From NCBI GenBank assembly GCA_002633005.1, contig NMRA01000243.1:334387-398386 (forward strand): DNA of 64,000 nucleotides. The letters run 5' to 3'. The notes below the pieces were generated by a model. The model saw only the letters and a list, made by a program, of their open reading frames with translations, searched no databases and was not told the DNA's origin. Numbering within the stretch: the first letter of the stretch is position 1; the number at the start of each line of letters is the position of its first letter. This stretch comes from Phoronis australis. Its lineage: Eukaryota > Animalia > Phoronida. A program made the translations under genes and the position numbers. This document shows positions 25,044 to 39,000 of the stretch, piece by piece.

Positions 25044-28000
25044 CTGCAACAAAAACGATAGTCAAACTAAGCATACCTCCTACAGGATACTCTTCAATAC
25101 AAAACAATGGCGCTGTAATAAAGTTACTTTAAAACAAAATGTGTAATTCTAATAACATAGGTCTAATAATCACACAAAAACAGACGCGGCTGGCGTCAGT
25201 GGCATTCCTGGAATGGTATCAATTCTTATTCATGGAGCGCAAAAAAAACGAAGAAAGGCAGCACATCTCTTGAAAGGTGGTCGTCGTAAGACTTCATAAC
25301 AGTTTTAAAACCTTACAACCTTTGAATAACTTGAAACAATTTCACGTTTAACTAAATACAGAACACTACCTAATCTGATTAGTCCAATGATGAAACTGTG
25401 TACACATGTCATTTACAGGTATGCTTGTAATTGCTCCAAAAGGTACGCTTTTAACATTCCATTCTAATTGGACTTTGCTGAAACAGGTTTATCACATTTA
25501 CCAGCCTGAAGAGGATCTGGGTTAGAATTTGAAGCAGGTAAATCAAACTGACAATAACGGGAAGCTGGGAACAGAGAGAGTGGATAGGCAGATAGATAAG
25601 CATGTGGCTTCTAACTACAACTACTGAGACGGAAAAGCATAGTAGGGCAAAACTGGACATGAGGCGAAGCACAAGGGGGCCCTCTGTTAGTTGGGAATAC
25701 CAAAATGAGGCTTAGGAGATCAAGAGTAAAAAATTCTACAATTGCTTAAAATCCAAGCAATTAACGAAACAAACTGGTGAAAGTAATTAACTTTAGGTTC
25801 TAGTCATTGATTAGTTCACAGTTCAGAGCTGACGTTTTAGAGCCACAATATATTAACTAATTAATACGCAAGTGCTTCATAAGAGTTTCTTAGAAAATGA
25901 TTGCAATTTTTGTGATGGTAGAAATCAAAGCCATACGGTTCGACGACATTAAACTTCACTGTCTTTTTGTAATATTTTCATTATTAAATTTGGTAAGACT
26001 TCCATGCCATGCATGGCAAAACTGTTTCCTAAAAGCCAAATGAGGATCCCAGAAAGACAAAATGGGCTTAACAGACAAAATGGGTTTAGCATACAAAAGC
26101 AGTAAAACCGAGGCAAAATTATAATTTGAAAGAAAAACTAAATACAGAGCTCGCAAAATTTCCAAAATTGTATGCATTGGGCAAAATCACCTCATAACAA
26201 AAACCTTAGGATAGAAAGTAAGGCGACTATACAGCGTATTGATGAATATGAGATCGGGAACTGACTGGTCACATGATACCCACGACAGATGGTGCCCCCA
26301 GGGAAGCACTGCACAGTGCAGTCGGAAATATTGGGACACATCGTTGACCTTGTGATAAAAACTTATTACATGATATCTCACCAATTTTGGACGAAAAACA
26401 CCCCAAAAATTGATGATTTACGGCTAGGTAGGGACCCTGGGGAAATATTACTGCGAATGCCCACAATATGCCAAAACGTCTCATGGTAGCTATGGCGCAG
26501 AAGTTAATTGATACAACACTAATTCTGGCATAATTCATTGGTTATGAAAAAAATTATACATTATGTCCTAAATTGGCAAGATTTTACCGTACACTTATCC
26601 ATTCAGAGCACTCAGTGGCAAACTACCAACATCCCAAGAACTGTGACTGGTGAGCAAGAAAACGTTTAAAACAAAATAATATTAAATTTTTCAGAGATTT
26701 AAATTAATGTTGTCCAAACTTTCGGAAATCGCTTACTAAGAACCCTTCCATTGAACCTAGAAAAGAATGTGACCACACCATAAGGACAAATGGAGAAGTT
26801 CAGGCACCTCAGTTCAACAGCTCCTTTGCCTGGCAGAGGGCGCTAGCAGTAGTTGATATTATGTGACCAGTCAGCAATGGTCCTTAAAAATGTTGCTTTA
26901 ACTGAGCTCAGTTCTCGGCATTTTGCCACGTTTTACACACTGGGGTACCAACACAAAGCAGACAAACAAGACATGGTTAACACAAAACATATCATTTCAC
27001 CTCGTCGTGACATTCGGTGGTTAGCAGGCGAATAGGGACCAGTGGAGCCTAGTGGGGCAGAACAAAACAAACATGGTGAACAGACATATGGCGACTGATG
27101 CCACCTGGTGGCCAATGTCCATAATATACGGGTGTGGTCTATAGACAACAAAAAAGACACTGAACAGCAGCTAGGACGCATGTGCTTCCTTACTCAGAGA
27201 TGAGAGGACTGTGAGCTAGCACATTTTGGGCATATTACGCAAGCTAAGACAATGCACCAACCACACTGCCATTTAGATCAGTCAAAGGCAACACCGGTTG
27301 TATCAATTACAAAGGATCGGATGCAGAGTTATACAGTACAGTTATGAAAACCAGTTCCAATAATTCATCTAAGCAAGCAGTCGCGGGCATGTCCCAATTC
27401 GGCATCCAATGAAATCATAAAATATGGTCAAGTGAGGGAAACGAGATCACACAACAAAAAGTGAATGTCGAGCACTGTATACATACTCCATATACAACTA
27501 ATCAAAGTGCGCACTAAACAGGTGTTCCAACATGGCTCATCAAACTTAACAGTTGTATAACTAACTGAAGTGCACCAATACAACTTCTCAAGCAAGAAAA
27601 AGTTGTAACCGAAGCCATACGGTAATTCTTCACTCATTTCGCACACACAAAATTATTTGGAAAATAATATTTCGCACCAGGCTACCTGGCGGTAATTTCT
27701 TGCCTAGCCCAATTCGCACGCAGTCAGTTTTGCACTTCGGAAAATGTTACCACAAAGCCCTGTCATTAATTCTAGTAATACACGTCGCTATAACTGTCTT
27801 AATAAGGTCTGAACATTGTATGTTCACCATTTCATCCATTTCAATGTGAGATATTTCATGCTGTTGTAAAAATGAAGTGAAAGAGGTGACCGGGATGGTA
27901 TCACTCAAGTCATATGGCCCAAAAAGTGTCTTACCAATGATGGCGCGGGATAAAGACATGACAAAGATACGATAAATATACCATAAAGTAATTTATCACT

Positions 28001-30098
28001 GTTAATTGGATCATACACGGCAGTGAGCAATGCTTAGTTGCTCGGTTAATTTTGTACACACGTCAATTACGAAGTCCGCATATTCAAATCGTTTGGCACA
28101 ACCCATCGGGAAAATATTTCAAATTTATTCTGTGCGAAATAAGTAGAGAATCACAGAACTCAAAAAATCGGAGCATATAGACGGGGCTAAGACTACCGGG
28201 GTTTTCCATTGATAAGCACACACGATGAAAATTATGTTGAATAAATGCCCATGGGCGTTTATTTGGTGTTACACCTTCTAGTGTCAAGTGTCCAGATAGT
28301 GAGACATTTATTCAGAAAATTTCCTCTTAAAAACCCACTCAGCCTCAACTTTTAATCACTAATTCAGTTTTGTGGAGCTTTGATCATTTAGAAAAAAGAT
28401 CAGTGTTGATGAACCATGCATTTGTTTAAATAAAATGACAAAAAAGTTTCTAAAATACAAAAATACATATCGCGTTTTATGCTGGCATTTACACGTCAGT
28501 CAAAACTACTATTGTCCGTTTACACACCCCCCTTCTCCCAATAAATGCCTGGGCGTCAATTTGGTGTCCCGAACATGTCAAAAAATTTTCATTTTCCGAA
28601 TACATGCCCAAGGGCTCAACTATGGAAAATCCCCGTAACAAGAAACGTCTTTTCAACTAAATGCACATACAGCATACACCAACCAACCAAGCAGTAAACT
28701 CAACGTGGTGAGTGACTAACTACGTGAATCTCTTAGCGCAGCAAGGGCCGAGGCACCTGTGGTACAAGATGATCGCAACAGAGCTTATACGCAGCTATGA
28801 AATACGATGACTTAAAACAGACTAGGTGACAAGAAAACAAAGAAAAAATATCTCCATTACATTTAAGATCTAGGAGGTTGAAAAGTTTTTGTCTTTAGTT
28901 CAATTGAGTGGCGGTAGCCCCTTAATATTTATCAGCAATCAACGGGTGAAAATAAGAAATTTTGAGGAATACTTTTTAGCATAATTTTGCTGTCAGAAGA
29001 ACTATGCTTCAGAATGGTGTGGATATTTAAATTATCACTAATTGCTCCAAAATGATTATCAAACCTTTAGAATGAAATTATCTACAACGTTCTTCGCAGA
29101 GTTAAAACCCCTTTTAGTGGATAAGCAGAACCCTGTGGTCTTGCGTCTGTCTGCACAATTTTTAAGGCATACTACGAATTGTTGGTTTTGGGCAGATCCC
29201 AGACTGGGGTGATCTGCTGATGATATCAAATCCATGCATCAGACGGTCACAGGCCTCATAGCCATGCCCATTCTATGACACCTCAGCGGAACTCACGAGT
29301 TCTCTCATCAGTCAACAGGTTCTATGTGAAAGAAGTTTTCGAAAGGAAAATGGACAGGCTATTTCATTGCTGCATTCTGTGTTATATCATGTGATTGTGC
29401 CAACAAAGTGCTTGTTTCTTAGCCTATGAAAGACTGACCAAGACTCTCTAATGCAAAATACCTTTTCTATGCTTCATTTTGAATAAACATGAACACAAAG
29501 TTCACATGGTTATAATGTAACAATTTCTATGGCTGAGTGAGTAACTTCATAAAAATTGATCACGCGCGTACTACTAGATTTCATATTTGTGCACAGCAAG
29601 CAATGCCGAATCATGATTTGCTGCACAGGTCGGGCACGTGGTGGGGATGCTGTACAAACGAAAAATGGTGAGTAAATGGGTTTTATTTTCTCCAAAAAGT
29701 TGATTACGTTACAGAGAACCTTGGTTAAAACGAACCTCTTCTATAAGGTTCGTTGTAACAAGGTTCGACTAAAACAGAAACCTTGTGCCATAATACGAAG
29801 GAATTGGCAGGACACCACAGGCAAGGGTTTCTTTTTTGCAGAAGCTTGTGTTTGCAGGTGTGCGACTCCCGTTTGCAGGCCCAAGCTCCTGGTTGAAGGC
29901 CTGTCACTTCCACTGCGCAGTGTCTGCCTTCAATGGTCGGCAAATCCCAACCTAAAGACTGCACACACACTCCATGGCACGAGTCGGCACCACTATCACG
30001 CAGCACGCCACAGGCTTTACACATTTTATACAGTTTCTTGAATAAGCAGAGAATGAGCGTAGACCAAAATGACCACTAGATGTCAGTGTCGGATTTAC

Positions 30099-30150
30099 CT
30101 TGAGGACTTGGCATGACTGGTGTTCCTGGGGGACCTGTTCCTTGTGGACC
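30099..30150 (-). CDS. SSBP3: Ssdp exon (GPQGTGPPGTPVMPSPQ+G)
   Basis: Acceptor tctctgtttcag|, donor G|GTAAAT. Conserved GPPGTP.MPSP motif. Confidence 0.92.
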
Positions 30151-31833
30151 CTGAAACAGAGAGTGGTCGTTTCAAAGTCTACACACTTACAGCTCAGTTT
30201 CAGGCTACTTGAACAGCACGGCTCACACACTCCTGAACAAGGCTCGTGGACCTGTAAACTTAGCTCACTGACTCACCAGCACAGGCCCTACTCCACTCAC
30301 AAAACACTTCTTACACACCCAAAAATACAGCTCACTAACTCACATGACCAAGAATCACGTGCACGACTAAGGGAAGAGTCTGAGAGGCATGTTAACAGAT
30401 CCAAGACCCATGCATTAGGGTCTGTAAGCAGTGTTTTGTGAGTGTGAGGGTGTGTTTGTGAGTCAATAAACAGATCCATGAGCCATGTTCATAATGTGAG
30501 CTGTGTTGTATGGGTAGCCTAAACTGAATACCAGGGAGATTTCTGTGCACCACTCATCAGAAGATGAACTGACAGTAAACGAAACCTTTAGCGCAAAAAT
30601 GCTGGCATTAATCTAACAGTTGAAGAGTTTCAGCCATCTCACACAGCCACAACATTCCAGTCTACCACAGACCTATCCAAATAAGAGTTCTAGTTCCGAT
30701 CTTCACCAACAGAGAGCGTACCTAGTGGCGAGTCAAGGCTATGTGCACGTCCAAACAGCTGGTCTGCCAGTATCACCAGAGCCTGCATTTTTGTTCCAAA
30801 AGCTACTTTCACTATTTATTCAACTGCTGAGCTTGATGTAGATTAAAAGAGGAGACTTGTGAAGCAATGGCGACTGATCACATGGGAATAGCGATCCGCT
30901 GTTGCCATTTGGTGGCAGCCAAAGGAACTAATGCTCACAATGGGTGACATTGGGAGAAACCAAACTAGTCTGTAACGCTTCAGCTTTGAAAGCCAAATGG
31001 CTTTTTCAGATGAAAGACAAGTGAAAGTTAGTCTCATGTGATTGGTCGTCATTGCCTTGGGTAACTTTAATTACAACCCGTGCAGGCAGTCTTCGTAGTA
31101 CAGAACCTTTCTTTTGAACAATAGCCTTCTGGAGCTGCTAACAACCACAAACCAGAATGACTAAATGTCCTGGCAAAATACTATTTTCCAAAGCCCCAGT
31201 CACACTTCCAATGATGTCCCTTTCATGAGAATTGACCTAAGGCTTAAGTCAGGAATTTTATCTTGTGCATCAATCATACAACCATTTCCCGAAAATTGTG
31301 ATGAAAATTGCCATTATCCTAAAAAGACCACAAAGATATGAATGTGTAAATATTCCCATAATGAAATGAGACTAATTACAGGCTATCGTAGGACACCACA
31401 TGATGACCACTGGACCTGTTTTAATGGCAGTGTGACTAGGGCTTAGCCAGTAAATGAAACAATTGGAAAATTCAAAGATCATGACAGCTGACCTCCCCAT
31501 GTGAACAGCAAACAGGCCATGAAGATGCTTGAATGAGTGATAGAAAGCAAGCTTTGACTGAACATGCAGGATATGCAATCTACGAATGTCAGAAAAGGGA
31601 GGGAGTGTTGTGAGGGTTGTGTTGTGAAGAGGAATCTATAGCTAATAAATGGAGAGAATGCTTCTCTCTTGAACACGACAGCAAGAGCCTTCAGCCATGA
31701 GAAAGACTGGCCGGGCTATGAAACTGAATGTAATAAGTACGATGCCCTGCAGTTACATGGGTGTGAAACTGATTTAACTTGGCTAATCCACTGAAAGCCT
31801 AGTGAACTGAATGGTTTTACACGAACTACAAGG

Positions 31834-32073
31834 CAGTGGGATTGATTAAAAACCGGACGATTGCCGCACAAATAAAAAAGTTCATGTTCAATTCAACGTT
31901 TCGTCTTTTCATTAGTTTTCATTAGTTGTCCTAAATTGTTGTAAATATGATCCTGATGTCTAATGAAAAGACGAAACGTTGAATTGAACATGAACTTTTT
32001 TATTTTTGCGGCGATCGTCCGGTTTTTTATCTTATTGTGGCCAAAAACTGATTTAATTAACAGTGGGATTGAT
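31834..32073. mobile_element. Fold-back insertion with 13-bp direct repeats, resembling a Penelope-like element end
   Basis: cagtgggattgat at 31834 and 32061. ~68-bp inverted arms 31848-31915 / 31960-32027. Contains cctgat-gtct..agac-gaaacgtt. Confidence 0.65.
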
Positions 32074-33245
32074 CACCTTGCAGGAGTACTGGGGGTAACA
32101 GCCTATGAAACCAAATATTTTCTAAACCAGCTTGCGAAGGGTGTCATGTGACTGGCACTTGTCATTTTACATTAAAAAAACACAAAAACGGGCGCATTGC
32201 ATAAATGCAAGACACTCGCAAGGTACGAGCACCTAGTGGTGAGATGTCTTAGCTTACGGAGCATCAACAGAGAACTCTACCCACTTCAACATTCAGGCTC
32301 AACCCTTGACCATTTTATTGGTGTACGCTAGTAAGCCCTGCCCCCCCCGAGTATACCCAGGAAACTCTCGCCTTTCACTTGGGCGACTTTGCATGGTCTT
32401 GTGCCTACGTAACGAACCCCCACTACACCAACCAAATTTCCAAGGACAATTTACCCGAGAGAACGCACCCGTTTCATGGATTATCATTCTTTCCTATACC
32501 ACAAACAAACCCAAGAGTCCAACTTGACAGCATTATATAATCCCAATTTAAAATTTGATTTTTGACCATGTTTGGATCAGAAACCCAGCTTCAACTTGGT
32601 TACAGTAAAGTTTCCTTAAATTCAAACAAAAAATAATGGCCAAAACTGCCGTGTGTTTGTTGATGACAGATCATGTAAAATTTTCTTCTTGTTTACTCCT
32701 GTTGAAGATTGTGACAAAATAAAAATTTACTGTTCCGCCACATTGCATTCTAATTTGAAGAAACTTTACTGTATACGTATGATGGACACGAGACAGTGTA
32801 AGGGAACTGTGCAATGAATTGTAGACACCAGGGGGAGTTTTTGAGAGGGGCGGTGAAAATGAGCATCAACAGCCAAATAATTAACAAGAACAGGTGTCCT
32901 CTGTATGTAATTGGCATGGATTGAAAAATCTAAAAAGTAGGGACTGGCTTTTGTCACTAGTGTCTGTTCATACAATCGTGGTAGATTGCTGGCATGTACA
33001 CTTAGGAGAGTGGGGAACATAAATGCAATCAATAACCAGTATGGTTATTTAACGTAAGAACAACAGAAAGATGCAACAGAGATAACAAAAAGTAATGCTT
33101 GAAGGTAACTTTACAGTACATTAAAAAAACTGATTTGACATAACACAACTAATCTACACAAAGGTAGCAAACCAAGTCCCAAATAACTCCTACCCAAGAC
33201 GTGACCTGGTGCACCACCTATTGGCAATGGGCAGAATGTACTTAC

Positions 33246-33281
33246 GTTGTAGTTAACAGGACTTCCATGTCCGTAACTCAT
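33246..33281 (-). CDS. SSBP3: Ssdp exon (MSYGHGSPVNYN)
   Basis: Acceptor cttttccctcaagcag|, donor |GTAAGT. Equivalent to the vertebrate IPYSSSSPG.Y. exon. Confidence 0.82.
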
Positions 33282-33334
33282 CTGCTTGAGGGAAAAGAGA
33301 CAAAGAGACCGGTTAGAAACAATCAGAGGTGGAA

Positions 33335-34375
33335 GGCAGAGTTGTTGTGCGAGTCATCGTCGAGTTGTCACAGAGTTGCATACGAAGTGTTGTGAGCATG
33401 GTTGAGCAAACTATGGTAGAAGGCAGAAGTTGTTCCGGGAGTCATCGCGAGTCTTATGATAGTTGTCACAGAGTTGTATGAAAAGCGTTGTGAACATTGT
33501 TGAGGGAGTATGCAAGAGTTGTTCTGGGAGACACTGTGATAGTTAACGGTGTAGTTGTGAAAGTCGTCAAACTTCTTGCTATAGTTGTCATGGGAGCTGA
33601 GAGTGGTTGCAGTAGCTGAGAATTGTCGTGGCGTCTGAGAGTTGTCGTGGCAGCTGTGAGTTAGCATGGGAGTAGGGAGATGTCGCGGGAGCAGTGAGTT
33701 GTCACGAGACCAGGGAAATGTCATGGGAGCTGTGAGTTGTCGTGGGAGCTTGAGTTGTCGCGAGAGCTGAGAGTTGCCATGGGAGCAGGGAAATGACGTG
33801 GAAGCTGTGAGTTGTTGTGGGAGCTGAGAGTTGTTGTGGGAGCTGACAGTTGTCGTGGGAGCTGTGAGTTGTCGTGAGAGCTGCGAGTTGTCATGAGAGC
33901 TGAGAGTTACTATGGGAGCTTTGAGTTGTCGTGGGAGCTTTGAGTTATGGTGGGAGCTGTGAGTTGTCGTGGGAGCTGNNNNNNNNNNNNNNNNNNNNNN
34001 NNNNNNNNNNNNNNNNNNNNNNNNNNNNNNNNNNNNNNNNNNNNNNNNNNNNNNNNNNNNNNNNNNNNNNNNNGTGAGTTGTCGTGGGAGCAGTGAGTTG
34101 TCGTGGGAGCTGAGAGTTGCCATGGCAGCAGGGAGATGTCGTGGGGGCTGTGAGTTGTCTTGTGAGCAGCGAGTTGTCATGGGAGCAGCGAGTTGTCATG
34201 GGAGTTGCGAGTTGTCATGGGAGCAGAGAGATGTCGAGGGACCCGTGAGTTGTCGTGGGAGCTGCCAGTTGTCGTGGGAGCTGCGAGTTGTCATGGGAGC
34301 TGCGAGTTGTCATGGGAGCTGCGAGTTGTTGTGGGAACTGAGAGTTGTCGTGGGAGCAGCAAGTTGTTGTGGGGC
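33335..34375. repeat. 19-bp minisatellite (GTGAGTTGTCGTGGGAGCT)n containing an N gap
   Basis: Dozens of degenerate copies. Explains ORFs 33368..34180, 33945..34199, 33969..34538 and 34193..34459. Confidence 0.92.
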
Positions 34376-36763
34376 CATTCGCATGGGAGCCGTGTGGTCA
34401 CGGTGTGTCATTGTAGGAGATGTCATGATAATTGCTGTAGGAATTGGTGGGAAAGTTGAGGGGGTTTTGGCGACAGTCATGGTACAAATTGACGTTGGAA
34501 GGCAGGGTGGTAGTTTGAGAAAATTGACGAGTCATTAGGAGAGCCGCTGGAATTTGTTATGAAAGTATTGTGAAAGCTGTCGTGAGTAGATGAGAGAGTT
34601 GTCGCCACTTAAGAGAGCTGTTAATACAGACAAATTAGCACACTCATGAAATTGTCAGTTTGAGAACCATTTGTTGTTGTTCTGTAGACAAAAACGTCTG
34701 AGATTTAAACCTTCCAAATACATAACATTTCACTTCAGATCTAGGTAATTCAACAAAAAGATTAAAAGTTACTTCCCAACGGTTAAATTGAATTCTCACT
34801 TCTCAAAGGATTTTCCACTAAAAGATTATGGAATTCGAAACAATTTTGCATGTTAAAGGTTTCATTTGTGATTTTACTAAAATAATTCCAAAACTGCTTC
34901 CTGTCAATTTGTAAATGCAAATCATCAAAGCTCGAAATGTAAGAACACAGACTCTCGAAATGTAAGAACACAGACTTGATTAAAATATAATTTCAGCATT
35001 AGTAAAATAATCCTCTTTCTACGATAAATTTCGTCTGTAGTTGCAGAACATTTAAGCACAGCCAGCACCACTAACACTACTGAAGCAACTGAAGCCAGGC
35101 TGGGAAACAGCGAAGAGCAACGTCAGTAGCATTAAGTCTACCACAACTGGCCGTAAAACCCCTCAGCAAAGAGACCAACCGTAGACCAACCACGCTTAGC
35201 CCAAACTGTCATTTAAGTACTCCTTTGAAACGGACCCCAAAACTAGATCACTTAGGCCTCACTTTGCACCCAACTGGGTTAAGTATTGCGAATTGAAATT
35301 TCCACCGTGTTCAAAAAGCCAACAGGTTCCATCATTTCCCTTGAAGAAAAAGCATGAAGCAGCCCAGTTCTCAAAAGAATAGACACAGAGAAGAAAAGTA
35401 TACGACAGTCCAGGATGTGAACAAATTTAATTCAAAAACTTTTGTAGAAAGCTCAATGGAAAGTTTCTCGAATGCTGCTGACCGTCTGCCTCCTTTTACA
35501 TGGGGAAATCGTGAGTGAATGCCAGAGTTCCCTAAAAATTGCATCGTCCTCTGTGGCATTAATGGATGACAACTTCAAGGCACTGAACCATAAGTCAGAC
35601 AACTTAAATCTGATGCCATCATGGCTGTTTAGGGAGAGATGCGTGGCTTTCACCCACACAAACTTTTAAACACACTTTTCAATCTACAAATTCTCCCCGT
35701 CTGGCACTTTCACATTCGCCATCTCCAATGAAGCACGGAAGTTGTGAGTAGCGCAATTTTTTGCAAGAATCACACAATCACTATACCCCAGTCAAAGGAA
35801 TCGGATGGTTCCGCTATGTCGCGAGAAATTTTCAAGGGATTTTTACCTGTTGTTCATGAATTATATATTTTCACACCCGTTACATCACCTGAACGAATGG
35901 CATGGCAATCATCAAATCATGCGACAATTTGTTTTTGAGGTCTCGTTGTCCGTTCTGGCAGCATGATTGTGACAGTTGAGCTCAGAGTGACAGGAATAGC
36001 GAATTTCATTCATAAACTCTTCTCAGGACACTTGCGTTTCATAAGAACGAAGCAATACAATTCGTATGAACAGTCAAAGCAGAAAACAATACGCCCAATA
36101 CATCAAGGTGACGATGCTTTATACTTACATTATAATTAACCGGAGAGCCGGAGGAATAGTTTATCTGGTTAATTAAAGAAGACAAGAAACAGTCATTAAT
36201 GATGACATCAACAAAACAGAGATTTGTAAGAACACATATAATTCAAAGATTATAATCTAACAGGCCTGCACTTTCACGCAATACAAAACTACACATGGGA
36301 ACAATTCAGGGATCAAACTCATACCGAATACTCTAGTCGGATTGGTGGATACAGCCACAGTGAGAAATCTAGTGTTCGGATTGGTGTTCAAATCCAAGTG
36401 TGTTTTTGAGACAAATTGCAACTATGGCTTTACTTTAACTTTAAAAGGCCACAGCGCACAAGCGGAAGCTCTTCCCAGGTCTCACAGTTAAAGAGGCATT
36501 AAACTCGTGCTTTCAATCAAGTTTGTCTCAAATTGGTCTCAAAATCTTCCTTAGTCAAAATAGGTGTGACTTCTGGTCATGGAAAGAATTTACAGTTCGT
36601 TATTTCTTCCTGAAGGTCGTTAATTTACATTATGTAATTTACGCCATTGCGGGTTCAAAATGTATTACAGACTTCAAACAAAGTACAAACCATGTCCTGG
36701 AGAGAAAGTATCAACTTTCTCCACAGGCATCATTGCGTTGTATTGCGTTGTATTGCAAGAATT

Positions 36764-37820
36764 AACAAGAGCAACGCGGAGCGTTGAAATGCGCCCACAA
36801 TTGCACCGCATACGGTATCCTTCTAGGGTTGTTTATTGGTACCATAAAGTGGCCAGTAGAGGGCATACTTTGCAAAATGGAAAGGCATGGTCATTGTCTC
36901 CTCAATGGGCTAGGGGCAAAATGTGAGTAATCTTCATAATACAAGCACATCCTATACCTCAGTTGCTTAAAACACCACAGAAACATAGAATTAAAAACAA
37001 ATTTACCAACATACGAGATTAGCACAGCATTAGAATGCCAGAAACAAATTTCTACTTGGAACTTTTCCTTCACAGTCACGAAGTAACACAAAGTATACAC
37101 CTGAAGACCTATGAAAATACAGAGGTCAATGTAAAATACTAAAATTGCCACTAGAGGCAAATACTAAAATTGCCACTAGAGGCATACCGGTAATCAGAAT
37201 CATCCTAAAGTCGTCATCGTCCGTTGTCAACATCACATAAATACACTTGCTAAATTTAGTAAAGATCCTGCAAACGGTTTGGGAGATACAGCCATGGGTG
37301 CAAAAAAACAAAACTGCCACTAGGAGGCGCCACAGTAGTCCAAATCGTCTGAAAATCATTGTCAGCTGTCTTCCTTATAGTAAGCACATACACGCCAATT
37401 TTCACAATCATCCTTTGAGCGGTTTGGTTGATAGAGGGGTGGACGCAAAAATACAGACTCGAAAACAGTAAAAATGGCCACTAGGTGGCGCAAACTACGT
37501 CGAATCCATCTGAAAACAGTAGGATAGCGTCATCTCACTAATAGGTGCCTACATACCAAATTTCATGAAAATCCGTTCAATACTTTTGAAGATACAAAGG
37601 TAAGCGTAAAAAACTAAAATTGCCACTAGGGGGCACACCGGTAGTCGGATCCGTCCGAAAGTTCGCACATGCCGTCCCATTCATGAATGGAACATATGTG
37701 TCAAATTTCATGAACGTATGACAAAGGGTTTTGGAGATAGAGCAGCGGACGCCGGACGGACGGACGGACGGACAGAGATGACGGCATAATGCATCCACAT
37801 ATAAATATGTGGGCGCATAA
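36764..37820. mobile_element. Helentron-associated (HINE/DINE-1-like) non-autonomous element
   Basis: Starts aacaagag plus hairpin caacgc-gga-gcgttg. 11-bp subterminal IR atgcgcccaca (36789) / tgtgggcgcat (37808). ~155-bp internal repeats with core aaaattgccactag, a (GGAC)n microsatellite and a 3' hairpin. Confidence 0.78.
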
Positions 37821-37831
37821 TAATGGTATAA

Positions 37832-37928
37832 CAGTAACTTTCAGGGGTCCAGGATTTTGAGAAACAGTTTGATGCTAGTTATTCAGACAAAACTGGTTCT
37901 CAAAATGCGGGACCCTTGTTAGTGACTG
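37832..37928. mobile_element. Family A palindromic MITE
   Basis: gggtccaggattttgagaaacagttt...aaactggttctcaaaatgcgggaccc, similar to 67-146. Confidence 0.6.
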
Positions 37929-38626
37929 TTACCGAAATTGGTAACAAGTCAACTCATGGGCACATTACCATGGCAACTGAAACTAACCGACTGTGACAGG
38001 TAACATAATGTGCCAGGTCTAAAACAGTAACAGCTAGCCGGTTCTTCTCAAGCATAAGAACCATTTCTGGTCGGAATAAAGAACAAGACGAGACGAATTT
38101 CCTAACGGTAAGTGATCCAAGGTCAAGATTGGTTATCAACAGGAGTGGGTTCGTTCCCCATATAGAAGTCAAGCCACACCGAGTCTGGTTCTAAACTGTT
38201 CCCACCCGATCAGTGTAAAAGGACTCGCAGGAAGTCAAGTGCACCCTGGACATTATAATCACTGCGTACAGATGTTTCACGTTCTACGAGTCAGTTGAAA
38301 CGTAAACATTATTCAGGTAAAGAGAAATATTTACTGAAAGTTTCATGGTGCTAGAAATAGAATACTATCATGACAAAGAATAAGAGATTGATTTTACGAG
38401 AGTACAAGGCGAAACTTGATTTTCGTTTTTAGCCAGATAACTAAATTGTACCAAATGCAGCTTCAAGGAACATAACGTAAGATTCCTCGCCTTCAGTATC
38501 TCGTGCGTCGTCGGCATTCCTTAACGCAACCCTCAGTTTCTTTCGAAACGTGATTGAACAGAACTTAATTAGAGTGTGATAAAGGCAATTAGGAAATTAC
38601 GGACCGACTAGTAACTCAAGACCTAC

Positions 38627-38666
38627 CCCTGCATTTGCTCCACACCACGGTCGGCTGCCTTGTGGT
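38627..38666 (-). CDS. SSBP3: Ssdp exon (PQGSRPWCGANAG)
   Basis: Acceptor ctctccactttcag|, donor |GTAGGT, phase 2->0. RPW motif as in SSBP2/3. Confidence 0.82.
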
Positions 38667-38687
38667 CTGAAAGTGGAGAGAACAAGG

Positions 38688-39000
38688 TTAAGGGTATGTA
38701 GGGTCCCAGGAATACGTCCGAATTTTGCTAACTTAGGAAAATTGTTTCTTAGAAATGAATGATCGGATTCGTGTGAAATTTTCAGATACAATGCTTTATG
38801 GACTATTCTCCGATACGTTGTTAGGAATTGTTTTAACATGTTCCAATTTTGCACGAGGGACTTTCGTGATGTTCATAAAAAATTAAAATGCTATAAAACG
38901 TAAATGAAATGAAACTTAGAAAAATAAAACAGCGCTTTTGAGATTTTATCCCAAACATGGATTAAATGAAATTTGGTCAAGTTATGAGTACCGTTGTTTT
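38688..39000. mobile_element. Interspersed repeat fragment with a TTAA-flanked start (second copy ~53030-53350)
   Basis: Shared blocks atgctttatg..acgt..ttaggaattgtttt..aatgttcca..gca.gaggg..cttagaaaa..aacag.g.ttttg.gattt. Confidence 0.55.

Noticed and set aside
33368-34538. 270-aa and 189-aa ORFs
   Set aside because: Translations of a 19-bp minisatellite across an N gap.
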